A DNA stretch of 63,942 nucleotides, counting the filler, from an uncultured Ignavibacteriales bacterium (GTDB lineage Bacteria; Zixibacteria; MSB-5A5; GN15; JAAZOE01), in the NCBI GenBank assembly GCA_964611355.1. It is 3 parts of 3 records of this genome, joined end to end, with 100 filler letters (N's around TTAATTAATTAA, not from the genome) between each part and the next. Parts side by side here need not be neighbours in the genome. Positions count along the whole stretch, not along the records: positions 26,303 to 51,875 come from CAZSYD010000033.1; positions 51,976 to 63,942 come from CAZSYD010000064.1; 1 more part is not named here. The stretch is one strand, 5' to 3'. The notes beneath the pieces are model-generated. The model had not been told where the DNA came from. It made no database searches and was given only the letters and a program-made list of their open reading frames with translations. The first letter of the stretch is position 1. Each line of letters opens with the position of its first letter. Below, one piece after another: positions 49,047 to 58,349 of this stretch. The position numbers and the translations under genes were made by a program.

Positions 49047-49119
49047 GGGGCTGTAGCTCAATTGGGAGAGCGGTACGTTCGCAACGTACAGGTCGTCGGT
49101 TCGATCCCGATCAGCTCCA
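49047..49119 (+). tRNA. tRNA-Ala(CGC)
   Basis: GGGGCTG acceptor with G3:U70; GTACG-TTCGCAA-CGTAC anticodon arm. Confidence 0.95.
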
Positions 49120-49258
49120 TTTTGTGATGTATGCGAATCCGCAGGTATGTTTGTTCTCGACCTTCGGAATAATACCTGTGGCTTATTCGGCTGGTTATTT
49201 TATACGGGAACGATTGGCGCGATAAGTGTCGTATAACTTATGAGGGAATAGCAAAAGA

Positions 49259-49405
49259 TTGGACTGATACCGGCCGGCTGTCTTACGGGTCCTGTACAGC
49301 GGCTGCCTGCCGAACCCCGTCAGGACCGGAAGGTAGCAGCGGCAGGCAACGCAGTCGTGTGATGCAGTTTCGCCTGTCGAGACCATCCGGCCGGTATCAA
49401 TCCAA
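49259..49405 (+). ncRNA. ffs: SRP RNA
   Basis: TCAGGACCGGAAGGTAGCAGC domain IV; long closing helix; upstream of dnaX. Confidence 0.9.
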
Positions 49406-49437
49406 CAACACCGACCGGTAATCCCGGTTTTTTGATT

Positions 49438-51168
49438 ATGGCTTATCAGGTGCTGGCATTAAAATATCGACCCCTCATCTTCGAGGAAGTTATTGCGCAG
49501 GAGCATATCACCAAAACGCTTGCCCGCGCCGTCGAAACCGGCAGGGTGGCGCACGGGTACCTGTTTGCGGGGCCGCGCGGCACCGGCAAAACCACCACGG
49601 CCCGTATCCTGGCCAAAGCTCTCAACTGCGTTGAAGGCCCGACACCGACTCCCTGCAACAAGTGCCCGATCTGCAGGGAGATAATGGCCGGATCGTCGCT
49701 TGACGTTCTTGAAATCGACGCCGCCTCGAACACAGGCGTCGACGACGTCCGCACCCTGCGCGAAAATATCCGCTACCTGCCGACATCCGGCAAAAAGCGA
49801 ATCTTTATCATTGACGAAGTTCACCGCCTTTCCGGATCGGCCTTTGATGCTCTTCTGAAAACGCTCGAAGAACCGCCCGATCACGCCGTTTTTATCTTTG
49901 CCACCACCGAACCGCACAAGGTTCCGCAGACTATCCTGTCGCGCACCCAGCGCTACGATTTCCGCCGGATTAAAACGACCGAACTGGTGGCGCACATGAA
50001 AAAACTGGCCGAACTGGAAAAAATCGAGGTCGAAGAGGAAGCGCTTTATCTTATGGCTCGCAAGGGCGAAGGTTCGGTGCGCGACGCCCTTTCGCTTTTT
50101 GACCAGATGATTGTCCTTTCCGAAGGCAAAATCACCCGGGAGGTAACGGCTCAAACATTGGGTATTGTCGACCGTCGGCTTTTCGTAAAACTACTTGGGA
50201 TTATAGCGGCCGGAAAGACCGAACCGGTTTTTGAACTGGTCGGTTCGCTTTTTGATTCGGGAGCCGATATTACCGAATTTGTCAACGATTTTATCGACTA
50301 CCTGCGAAACCTGCTAGTGCAGAAATCGGCATCCGACCCGGACATTTTTCTCGACGTCTCAGCCCGGGAGAAGGAAGCCCTTGTTACGCAAACCGCTTAT
50401 TTCACCGAGGCCGACATCCTGCGGATGATTCAGATTCTTTCCGAGCTGTTGTCGGAACTGAAGCGAGGTTACGACCAGCGGATATTCCTTGAAATCTGCC
50501 TGGTACGCCTGACCCGGATGGAATCGAGCATAACACTGCAGGAGGTGATCGAAAGGCTCAATCGACTGGCGACCGCCGCGAGCGGGGGTCAGCCGCCGGG
50601 TACGTCTTCTGCGCCGAGGTCGCTGTTCAATAATGTAAAGCCTGCATCTCCTCCGTCGAAATCGGATTCATCAGGGTATCCTGCCGCAACCGGAGCCGAT
50701 TTTCATCACCCCGCGCCGCCGCCGGCAACCGATCAGGGAGATATGACGCTGGAATCCGGCAAGCCGCTCAATCTTCCCAAGGTGCAGATGAACTGGAAAA
50801 AATTCCTCGATTCTCTTAAAAACCGCTCGCAGATGCTGGCTTCGATGTTAGCGATGGCGCAGGTTCGTTCGGTGGTTGATAATAAAATCACGGTTGCTTT
50901 CAGCGCAAACGCCGGTACCAACAAACAGGTAGCCGAAAAATCGGACAATTACACCATCATTACCGACACGCTGCGTGAATTTTTCAAACTGCCCGTCCGC
51001 GTGGAATTTATATTGCTTGAGGATGAGCAAATACCCGCCGCAGGCGTGGATATGACGGAAAAACAGCCGGTCAACGCCAATGACCTTTTTGAAAAAGACC
51101 CCGGACTGAAAAAAATGGTCGAACAGATCGACGGCGAAATTATAAGTCGCAAAAAAATCAAAGAATAG
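49438..51168 (+). CDS. dnaX: DNA polymerase III subunit gamma/tau
   Basis: [27 protein letters not shown]. Confidence 0.97.
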   Translation: MAYQVLALKYRPLIFEEVIAQEHITKTLARAVETGRVAHGYLFAGPRGTGKTTTARILAKALNCVEGPTPTPCNKCPICREIMAGSSLDVLEIDAASNTGVDDVRTLRENIRYLPTSGKKRIFIIDEVHRLSGSAFDALLKTLEEPPDHAVFIFATTEPHKVPQTILSRTQRYDFRRIKTTELVAHMKKLAELEKIEVEEEALYLMARKGEGSVRDALSLFDQMIVLSEGKITREVTAQTLGIVDRRLFVKLLGIIAAGKTEPVFELVGSLFDSGADITEFVNDFIDYLRNLLVQKSASDPDIFLDVSAREKEALVTQTAYFTEADILRMIQILSELLSELKRGYDQRIFLEICLVRLTRMESSITLQEVIERLNRLATAASGGQPPGTSSAPRSLFNNVKPASPPSKSDSSGYPAATGADFHHPAPPPATDQGDMTLESGKPLNLPKVQMNWKKFLDSLKNRSQMLASMLAMAQVRSVVDNKITVAFSANAGTNKQVAEKSDNYTIITDTLREFFKLPVRVEFILLEDEQIPAAGVDMTEKQPVNANDLFEKDPGLKKMVEQIDGEIISRKKIKE

Positions 51169-51185
51169 AAATACAGGAGGCAAAG

Positions 51186-51503
51186 ATGGCCAAAGGTATG
51201 GGCGACATGATGAAACAGGTCGCCAAGATGCAGCAGAAAATGGAAGAGGTACAAAACGAACTGGCCGCAAAAGAAGTCGAAGGATCCGCCGGAGGCGGCA
51301 TGGTTAAAGTTAAAGCCAACGGCAAACAGGAAATCCTTTCCATAAAGATTGAAAAGGAAGTCGTCAACCCTGACGACGTTGAAATGCTGGAAGACTTAAT
51401 CCTCAGCGCCGTCAACCAGGCGCGCGAAAAAGCGGCCGAACTGCAGTCTCAGTCGATGAGCGCTCTGACCGGCGGCCTGAACATTCCGGGGTTACCATTC
51501 TGA
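51186..51503 (+). CDS. ybaB: YbaB/EbfC nucleoid-associated protein
   Basis: [13 protein letters not shown]; position between dnaX and recR. Confidence 0.93.
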   Translation: MAKGMGDMMKQVAKMQQKMEEVQNELAAKEVEGSAGGGMVKVKANGKQEILSIKIEKEVVNPDDVEMLEDLILSAVNQAREKAAELQSQSMSALTGGLNIPGLPF

Positions 51504-51504
51504 T

Positions 51505-51875
51505 ATGTTCCAGTCATCGGAATCACTGGCCAGACTGGTAACGCTGCTTTCCCGCCTGCCGGGAGTGGGAAGAAAAACCGCCGGCCGTCTGGCTTTTCAT
51601 ATTCTCAAAACCAGCAAGGAAGAAGCCGGAGAACTGGCCGAGGCGATACTGGCCGTCAAGGAAAAAGTCGGCGTTTGTTCAATATGCTGCAATATCTCCG
51701 AAACCGACCCTTGCGCTGTATGCACGGACGAAAGAAGAGATCGGTCAATTATCTGCGTCGTCGAAGAAGCCAGCGACGTGGTCGCCCTGGAAAAGGCCGA
51801 AGATTTCAACCCGCTATATCATGTCCTTGGAGGGCGGCTCTCGCCGCTTGACGGAATCGGCCCCGACGATCTGAA
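51505..51875 (+). CDS. recR: RecR, truncated by contig end
   Basis: LPGVGRKTA, Zn-finger cysteines, YHVLGG-LSP. Confidence 0.95.
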
Positions 51876-51975
51876 NNNNNNNNNNNNNNNNNNNNNNNNN
51901 NNNNNNNNNNNNNNNNNNNTTAATTAATTAANNNNNNNNNNNNNNNNNNNNNNNNNNNNNNNNNNNNNNNNNNNN
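51876..51975. other. Artificial contig linker
   Basis: N44-TTAATTAATTAA-N44. Confidence 0.95.
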
Positions 51976-52069
51976 ACTCTTGCCTATCGCAAGCTTGGAC
52001 GGGCACAGCAATTGTGAATACAAGGCCTAAGACTACAAACAGACCTATCTTACTGCATAGCTTACTCAC
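51976..52069 (-). CDS. 5' end of an exported protein, truncated by contig end
   Basis: AAGGAG RBS, GTG start, MSKLCSKIGLFVVLGLVFTIAVPVQA signal-like sequence; absent from the ORF track. Confidence 0.5.
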
Positions 52070-52211
52070 TCGATCTCTCCTTTAACTTAAAGTTACGCCG
52101 TGTTCGACTTCTGGCTGTCCTGTCTTGGATTGTTGTACCTGTTTCCAAGTTAGTTCATTCATGAGCGTAGCGCCGGGTCATTCAACATTCTGTAGATATA
52201 TAGCCAATTCA

Positions 52212-53108
52212 TCACTCAATGGGCGCAATAAAATATCGACGGGAAACGCCCTCGATGTCGTGATGAAAATAAAAGCAGTTGGGATCTGAGAGTTCGATGA
52301 CATCGATCAATTTCCGTAGTTCATCATGGGTAATAATCGTTCTCACCATCCAAAACGATTCGCCACTATGGCCTCCCATACCCTGTTGCACTGTGTAAGT
52401 ACGATGGTTGAAAGTCATTGTGATAGCTTCTGCCACGGTCCTATATGTTCTGGTAATGATCACGACCATTGTAATCTTGAATTTGCGATAGAGGTTATTA
52501 AGAGTTGCGGCTGAAGTGAAAATATAAATACACGTATACATCAGAGTGTTGACAGTGGCTTCGAATTCTCCTGTCTTCATGAAATCCGTGATTAGGCCGA
52601 AGGTCGTAGAACCCACAGCCGCAAAGATGGCAATTGAGCCCACAGGCTTTAGATATTTGATAGCGAAGTAGGCGCCAATAATGTCCTCATCGCCTGTCGA
52701 TCCACGATTCCGGAAAGCAATAGCTTTGGCTACACCTGCTAAGAGTCCGCCGAATATTACCAATACCATGCGCTCATTCTGAGGTTCTGGTTGTGCAAAT
52801 CGCAAATCGGGTAAGAAAGCCAGGAAGATAGCAACCGTTGCTATGACTATAAGAGAACGCACCGCGAAAGTCTTGCTGACTCGCACAAAAGCGAACACCA
52901 GGAGTATTGTCTGAAATATCAGATATAGTACTATGAACAACCGGTAACTATCGAAGTAATAAGAAAGAGCTGAGGCGATGCCTTCCGTTCCCGTCAGAAT
53001 CACTCTAGAAGGCAGCACAAAGTACTTCAACGCCACGGCATAAAGTGCGCCAGCACCCATTGTTGTCATGAAATCCACAAACCACCATCGCATTGATTTC
53101 TGCTTCAT
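52212..53108 (-). CDS. YitT-family membrane protein
   Basis: TM helices, GSTGDEDI, C-terminal DUF2179-like domain. Confidence 0.85.
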   Translation of the reverse strand: MKQKSMRWWFVDFMTTMGAGALYAVALKYFVLPSRVILTGTEGIASALSYYFDSYRLFIVLYLIFQTILLVFAFVRVSKTFAVRSLIVIATVAIFLAFLPDLRFAQPEPQNERMVLVIFGGLLAGVAKAIAFRNRGSTGDEDIIGAYFAIKYLKPVGSIAIFAAVGSTTFGLITDFMKTGEFEATVNTLMYTCIYIFTSAATLNNLYRKFKITMVVIITRTYRTVAEAITMTFNHRTYTVQQGMGGHSGESFWMVRTIITHDELRKLIDVIELSDPNCFYFHHDIEGVSRRYFIAPIE

Positions 53109-53111
53109 AGT

Positions 53112-53228
53112 TTATCCTTTTACCGTGTAACAGTTGTTCTTGCCCCGACAGACCTCGCCCATATCGCCGGCACTGGCAGGAGCTCCTATCTCGTAAGGTA
53201 CGAGCCGTTGACCTTTCTCAAGCGTCAT
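53112..53228 (-). pseudogene. Degenerate N-terminal remnant of a Hanks-type Ser/Thr kinase
   Basis: MTLEKGQRLVPYEIGAPASAGDMGEVCRGK resembles RLGPYEI...GAGGMGEVYRA; GGAGG RBS. Confidence 0.65.
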
Positions 53229-53425
53229 TTGCCTCCGTCTCTCCGGTCTGCTCTTTGCGACTTGCCCTTATCCGCAGTCAGCTTCTTCCGTATCAATTCT
53301 GCTACAACACTTTGGATCGTCCCACCGCTCGAAACAGCATAGACCTTCAACTCGCGATGTGTCTTCTCGTCGAGGCGAACGTGAATCATCGGGCCACGCG
53401 GTAGCTCTTTCTTTTTCCTTGGCAT
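53225..53425 (-). CDS. Ribbon-helix-helix (Arc/CopG-like) DNA-binding protein
   Basis: MIHVRLDEKTHRELKVYA...TIQSVVAELI; AGGAG RBS. Confidence 0.75.
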   Translation of the reverse strand: MPRKKKELPRGPMIHVRLDEKTHRELKVYAVSSGGTIQSVVAELIRKKLTADKGKSQRADRRDGGK

Positions 53426-53447
53426 GTTCACGCTCCTATCTTAGTGG

Positions 53448-53485
53448 TCGGTTATAAATATAACCGATCTGGATTGAGGGGTCAA
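53448..53485 (-). promoter_or_regulatory. Promoter and overlapping inverted-repeat operator of the RHH gene
   Basis: TTGACC-N17-TATATT; TCGGTTATA-AA-TATAACCGA covers the -10 box. Confidence 0.65.
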
Positions 53486-53522
53486 CAATAATGTGCCTTG
53501 ATGTTTCTGCTGCCGATTGAGT

Positions 53523-53551
53523 GTGACCAAACTGTGACCAAATCGTGACCA
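53523..53551. repeat. Three GTGACCA(AA) direct repeats, integrase arm-site-like
   Basis: 11-bp period, next to the gap that abuts the tmRNA 3' end. Confidence 0.65.
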
Positions 53552-53651
53552 NNNNNNNNNNNNNNNNNNNNNNNNNNNNNNNNNNNNNNNNNNNNNNNNN
53601 NNNNNNNNNNNNNNNNNNNNNNNNNNNNNNNNNNNNNNNNNNNNNNNNNNN
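53552..53651. other. Scaffold gap
   Basis: 100 N. Confidence 0.95.
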
Positions 53652-53652
53652 A

Positions 53653-54012
53653 TGGAGGTGGGGGGAATCGAACCCCCGTCCGAAGAAGGCGTCAAATCAC
53701 CGTCTACACGCGTAGCCGCTCTTTAGCGTCTCGCCCACGACCCTGCCAAGCGGCAGGCAAAAGACCGGGAGCCAGCCTGTTTATTTAAACCCCGAATCCA
53801 GACTCATCGGGATCGAGCCTCCTTTTCCGGCGCCTTGTCCGGGCGTTGGAGACAAAACTCCCGGCAAGACGGGTCTGCCTCAAATTAATCAGGCAGCCAT
53901 GGCGTATTCAAAGTCGCCATTTACGATTGGTCGCCGGATATTTTACGAGTTATCCGACAATCTCGGCGCGCAAGCGATTCCCCGCCAACCCCGTCGAAAC
54001 CTGGTCACCCCC
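53653..54012 (-). ncRNA. ssrA: tmRNA; tag peptide (A)GDFEYAMAA at 53889-53918
   Basis: 5' GGGGGTGA...TTCGAC; 3' TTCGATTCCCCCCACCTCCA; tag frame ends GCT GCC TGA. Confidence 0.95.
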
Positions 54013-54284
54013 ATGTTTGACGAGACAGACTCGGGGAGTCTGCATATTTCAAAGAACCTAAAGCTTAAAATCGGCACAAAGACTCAACAACAAGATATCA
54101 AAAAAAACAGAATCTGTCAATATGTCCGGCCAATAGCTTAAACGGAATAAGTACCGGTAGGTTTCCCTTATGAGGAAAAATCCAATCGACCGAAAATCAG
54201 GTTTTGGGAGAATGAAACGGCCGTTGGTATTTACTTGCCAAAATTTTTGGATTTGCCTTTTTTGGTTCCGGGAGAAATATAACC

Positions 54285-55352
54285 ATGGAAATTCTGGAAT
54301 CGTTTCTTCAGGGCTTGAAACTTGCGCTGCCGACCGCTATCGCTCTGGCAATTGTCCTGATAGTCCTTTTTGTCGTCAGGTACACCATTGACAAACGTTA
54401 TGCGGGCGCGCCCGGATACCGGTTTCGGCGGCAGGTGATAACTCTGATCCTGTCTTTTGCCGGTTTGCTGGCTATCATAATGGTTCTGCCGATCAGCGAC
54501 AGTACCCGGGGACAACTTCTGGGACTGATTGGGATTTTGCTTTCGGCGGCGATCGCCTTGTCTTCCGCAACGCTGATAGGTAATGCCATGGCCGGGTTTA
54601 TGCTTCGGGCGGTGCGTAATTTCCGCCCGGGTGACTTTATACAGGTTGGCGATCATTTCGGACGGGTCTCGGAGCAGGGCTTATTTCACGTCGAAATTCA
54701 GACCGAAGACCGCGACCTGACAACTATGCCGAACCTGTACCTGGCTTCTAATCCGGTCAGGGTAATTCGATCGACCGGGACAATTATTTCAGCCGAGGTT
54801 TCTCTTGGGTATAACCTGCCCCGTACCAGGATTCGGGAACTGCTGCTTGAGGCCGCCCAGGAGACGGGCCTGGAAGATCCATTCGTGCATATCCCAAAAC
54901 TGGGCGATTACGCTATCACCTATCGCGTTGCCGGTATGCTTTCCGAAGTAAAGCACATCCTTTCGGTCCGGTCGCGGCTGAGAGAGATCATGCTGGATAA
55001 ACTCCACCAGGGAGGTATCGAAATAGTCTCGCCAACCTTTATGAACACGAGAGCTATTGCGGAGGGAAAGCAGTTTATCCCGCCGATGGGCGAATCGTCG
55101 GTTGCTCCTGCCGCGTCGGCGGCGCCCGAGAAAATGGTCTTTGATAAGGCGGAGCAGGCCGAGTCGCTGGAAAAGCTCCGGGAGGCCTTTGAATCTGCAT
55201 GCCGGGAAATCGAGGAGATAAAAAAGCAGCGGCAGCAAACAGACGATGAGAGCATCAGGCAAAAACTCCAATCTCAACAGCAGATTCTGGAAGAAAAGCA
55301 GAAGAGAATCGGCGATGTTATCAAATGGCGCGAGGAGAGAAAAGAAACCTGA
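54285..55352 (+). CDS. MscS-family mechanosensitive channel with C-terminal coiled coil
   Basis: 3 TM helices, FRPGDFI...GRV...PN. Confidence 0.88.
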   Translation: MEILESFLQGLKLALPTAIALAIVLIVLFVVRYTIDKRYAGAPGYRFRRQVITLILSFAGLLAIIMVLPISDSTRGQLLGLIGILLSAAIALSSATLIGNAMAGFMLRAVRNFRPGDFIQVGDHFGRVSEQGLFHVEIQTEDRDLTTMPNLYLASNPVRVIRSTGTIISAEVSLGYNLPRTRIRELLLEAAQETGLEDPFVHIPKLGDYAITYRVAGMLSEVKHILSVRSRLREIMLDKLHQGGIEIVSPTFMNTRAIAEGKQFIPPMGESSVAPAASAAPEKMVFDKAEQAESLEKLREAFESACREIEEIKKQRQQTDDESIRQKLQSQQQILEEKQKRIGDVIKWREERKET

Positions 55353-55428
55353 TAGCAGTTGGTTTGGATCGATGCCTCGGGAGCAGAGATTTCTTTGGTA
55401 TTTGCCTATTCGTTTGTCAGGCCTTCCT

Positions 55429-56079
55429 TCAAGCTTTTAACCGGTTAATGTCGGCACGTTTGCCGAGAGCCACAAGAATGTCGGATTCTTCTATCCTGAA
55501 ATCGCCACCGGGGCCAAAATCGAGTTCGCCTGAAGAGCCATCCTTGACAGCGATGAGTTGAATTTCATGTTTTGTCCGAAGTTTTAATTCGGCAAGCGAC
55601 TTACCCACAAATCTTGACGGCGTCACCAGTTCGGCCACGCAGTATTCGCCGGTCAGAGGCAGGTAATCGATCAGGTTCGATTCAGCTTGTGAGTGGGCCA
55701 GCCTGACAGCCATTTCCCGTTCGGGAATAATGGCCTCGCTGGCTCCCACCTTTTTCAGGATTTTGGCATGGTCGTCGGAATTGGCCTTGACAATAATTCT
55801 TTTAGCTCCCAGTTCTTTCAAGTAAAGACTGATGAGAATTGACGCATGAGAATCTTCTCCGGTTGAGATGATAAAACAGTCGAATTTCTCAACATCAAGA
55901 TTTTCCAGAAAAGCGCGTTCGGTGGCGTTGCCAAGGATCGCCAGGTGAACGCAATCCTGAAGCGATTGCACGCGCGCTTTATCGATATCGACGGCGGTAA
56001 CACGACAATTTAGCTTGGTAAGCTCTTCGGCCACGGTAGCCCCGAAATTTCCCAAACCTATCACGATAAATTCTTTCAT
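55429..56079 (-). CDS. ktrA: KtrA/TrkA K+ uptake regulatory subunit
   Basis: IGLGNFG, IPEREMA, RCK_C domain. Confidence 0.88.
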   Translation of the reverse strand: MKEFIVIGLGNFGATVAEELTKLNCRVTAVDIDKARVQSLQDCVHLAILGNATERAFLENLDVEKFDCFIISTGEDSHASILISLYLKELGAKRIIVKANSDDHAKILKKVGASEAIIPEREMAVRLAHSQAESNLIDYLPLTGEYCVAELVTPSRFVGKSLAELKLRTKHEIQLIAVKDGSSGELDFGPGGDFRIEESDILVALGKRADINRLKA

Positions 56080-56088
56080 GGTTCCCTA

Positions 56089-57435
56089 CTACCCAATCAT
56101 TACCAATTCATCAGGATACACGATTTCGCCCGGTCGGGGAGGACGCGCCAGGGCAAAAGCCAGCGTTAATAATCCTACTCGCCCGATAAACATTGTTACG
56201 ATCAGAATAAGCTTACCCAAATAGTGCACATGAGAGGTTATACCCAGCGATAAACCGACCGTACCGAAGGCCGATACAGTTTCGAACAAATTGTCGACAA
56301 ACCAGCCATGACTCAGCATATGCGAAACCGGTTTTTCCTCGGCAAACATCAACAGGGTGAATATACTCACGATTACCAATACCGCCAACAGAATAACGGT
56401 AGCAGCGCGAACGATTGAGTCGGGATTTACCGATCGGTTAAAGACGCGTACCGATTGACGACCCAGAAAGCGGTTAAAAACCAGGAGGAGAATTACGGCG
56501 AATGTTGTTGTCTTTATACCGCCGCCGGTTGATCCGGGGCAAGCGCCGATAAACATTAAAATGAGTGTTATCAGCAAACTCACTTCCGTTAAGGCGGACT
56601 GAGGGATAGTGTTAAATCCGGCCGTTCGAGCCGTTACCGCCTGAAAAAAGGCGTTGGCTATACTTTCGGTCAGGCCCTTACCGGCGAATATATTTTCCTT
56701 TTCGGCTATCAGAAAGGCAACCATACCTACAAAGAGGAGAACCGCTGAGGTCGTCAAACAGATTTTGGAGTGCAGGGATAATTTGGCGTTCTTGCGTATT
56801 AACAGGTTGAAGAGCTCGTGAATTACGACAAATCCCAGACCGCCAAAAATAATCAAAATCGAGAAAATAGTGATAATCAGGATATTGGCCTGGTATCCTT
56901 CGAGGCCGCCCGAAAAGGTCGAAAAACCGGCGTTGCAAAATGCCGAAATGGAGTGGAAAACGGCATGAAACAAAGCCTGACCTGGCGGAAACGCATGTCT
57001 GAAGTTCAAAAACAACATTAAAGCGCCTACCAACTCGAAGGTAAAAGTAGTAATAACGATGGCCAGAATCAGATGCCCGGTTTTTATCATGGTACCGTTA
57101 CCGAAGGTCTGCAAGACTCCCAGCCTGTCGAGATGAGGTAATCGTGCCCCCGCCATCATCAAGAGTCCCGTGGCAAACGTCATTATCCCCAGCCCGCCCA
57201 GTTGTATAAGAAGCATGATTACCACCTGCCCGAAAGCCGAAAAGTCTTTCTGCGTATCAAGGACTGTTAATCCCGTTACACAAACCGCGGAAGTGGCGGT
57301 AAAGATAGCGTCAATAAACGTTACCGGCTGCCGTCCCGCACTTATCGGAAGCAGCAAAAGGATAGTGCCAATACCGATAGCCAGTAGAAAATATGATATT
57401 GCCTTGCGGCCCGGTCTGGCCCCGAGTAATTCCAT
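56089..57435 (-). CDS. ktrB: KtrB/TrkH K+ uptake membrane subunit
   Basis: CVTGL, CNAGF, RTAGF and GTVGLS pore loops. Confidence 0.92.
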   Translation of the reverse strand: MELLGARPGRKAISYFLLAIGIGTILLLLPISAGRQPVTFIDAIFTATSAVCVTGLTVLDTQKDFSAFGQVVIMLLIQLGGLGIMTFATGLLMMAGARLPHLDRLGVLQTFGNGTMIKTGHLILAIVITTFTFELVGALMLFLNFRHAFPPGQALFHAVFHSISAFCNAGFSTFSGGLEGYQANILIITIFSILIIFGGLGFVVIHELFNLLIRKNAKLSLHSKICLTTSAVLLFVGMVAFLIAEKENIFAGKGLTESIANAFFQAVTARTAGFNTIPQSALTEVSLLITLILMFIGACPGSTGGGIKTTTFAVILLLVFNRFLGRQSVRVFNRSVNPDSIVRAATVILLAVLVIVSIFTLLMFAEEKPVSHMLSHGWFVDNLFETVSAFGTVGLSLGITSHVHYLGKLILIVTMFIGRVGLLTLAFALARPPRPGEIVYPDELVMIG

Positions 57436-57573
57436 GGTTATTTTGGTATCCTTTATATGAACTATAAGTGAATTTTGGCTTTTTGTGCGGTATTGTCAAC
57501 ATTTCTTATATTGATTCGGCGATTATTGACATGTCCCGTTAGACTAAATGGTGAAGGAAAAACGAGGATGCTC

Positions 57574-57609
57574 AAAAAAAAACGGCCCCTGACAGGAGCC
57601 GTTTTTTTT
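57574..57609 (-). terminator. Intrinsic terminator
   Basis: CGGCTCCT/AGGGGCCG stem flanked by A- and T-tracts. Confidence 0.85.
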
Positions 57610-57626
57610 AGCCGCAAAAACTCGGT

Positions 57627-57968
57627 TTACCATCTGGTGCGGCGATTGTTCCGGCGGGTCTTAGCCCAGCGAACGCTCTTCCGCGGACGGCTTGGTTTCC
57701 GGGTCTTGGTCTTGGAAACAAAGACAACCCTTTTGCCGGGGTTTTTCCAGTGCGACGGACTGGTTTTGCGGATACTCAAATCGCTGGCTTTATAGCGAAT
57801 CGAGTATACGGTACGACCGAGCTGACGAGCGCACCAGGAGGTGTCATGGTTACGATAGTACTTGCGCAGAAAATTGATTTCCTCGCGAGTCCAGGGACGA
57901 GCAGTCTTGCCGTAGCGAGTTGCATGCGGTCTTGGACTGGCTTTACGAGTTCTACGCCGTGTCGCCAT
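57627..57968 (-). CDS. Highly basic small protein with Myb/SANT-like HTH core
   Basis: AAGGAG RBS; WTREEINFLRKYY...ARQLGRTVYSIRYKA; Arg/Lys-rich tails; own terminator. Confidence 0.8.
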   Translation of the reverse strand: MATRRRTRKASPRPHATRYGKTARPWTREEINFLRKYYRNHDTSWCARQLGRTVYSIRYKASDLSIRKTSPSHWKNPGKRVVFVSKTKTRKPSRPRKSVRWAKTRRNNRRTRW

Positions 57969-58065
57969 GTGAAACTCCTTTCGTAAGAAGCTAAGTTAAT
58001 TTGGGTTCTAACATTTGAATGCAGAACCGTGAAAATGATACAGTTTACAATTCAATCTGGTTTGA

Positions 58066-58092
58066 TTATCGGTGTATTCCGGTCATCCTTAA
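58066..58092 (-). promoter_or_regulatory. Sigma28-like promoter
   Basis: TTAA-N15-ACCGATAA versus TAAA-N15-GCCGATAA. Confidence 0.45.
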
Positions 58093-58349
58093 CGCGAATT
58101 TAGCCGTTACGCCCGAATGACTTAAAAAATGTTCCGCCAAAGACGTTTTTGACCTTTTTTTGAACATCAAAAGCAAAAAATCGCAGGAATTTACCTATGC
58201 GGCGTAGATAGAAAACGCCTGATAAAGGCGAAGACAACGGCGTAAACGCTTTCCCTGGCCGTTGCCGAATGGCAAAACGCTGTCCGGTTACTATTGTTTT
58301 CGCTTGCCGAAAATGCCCAAATCGCCTTTAATCACGGCAGGAGGATTTT

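Noticed and set aside
50780..51120. Programmed frameshift in dnaX producing gamma
   Set aside because: Only short A-runs; no A-AAA-AAG with stimulatory hairpin and no long poly-A tract seen.
52083..53131. yitT as an integron cassette (GTTACAC before the gene, GCGTAAC after it)
   Set aside because: No complete attC hairpin: the downstream sequence is the RBS and start of the next gene, and no integrase is visible.
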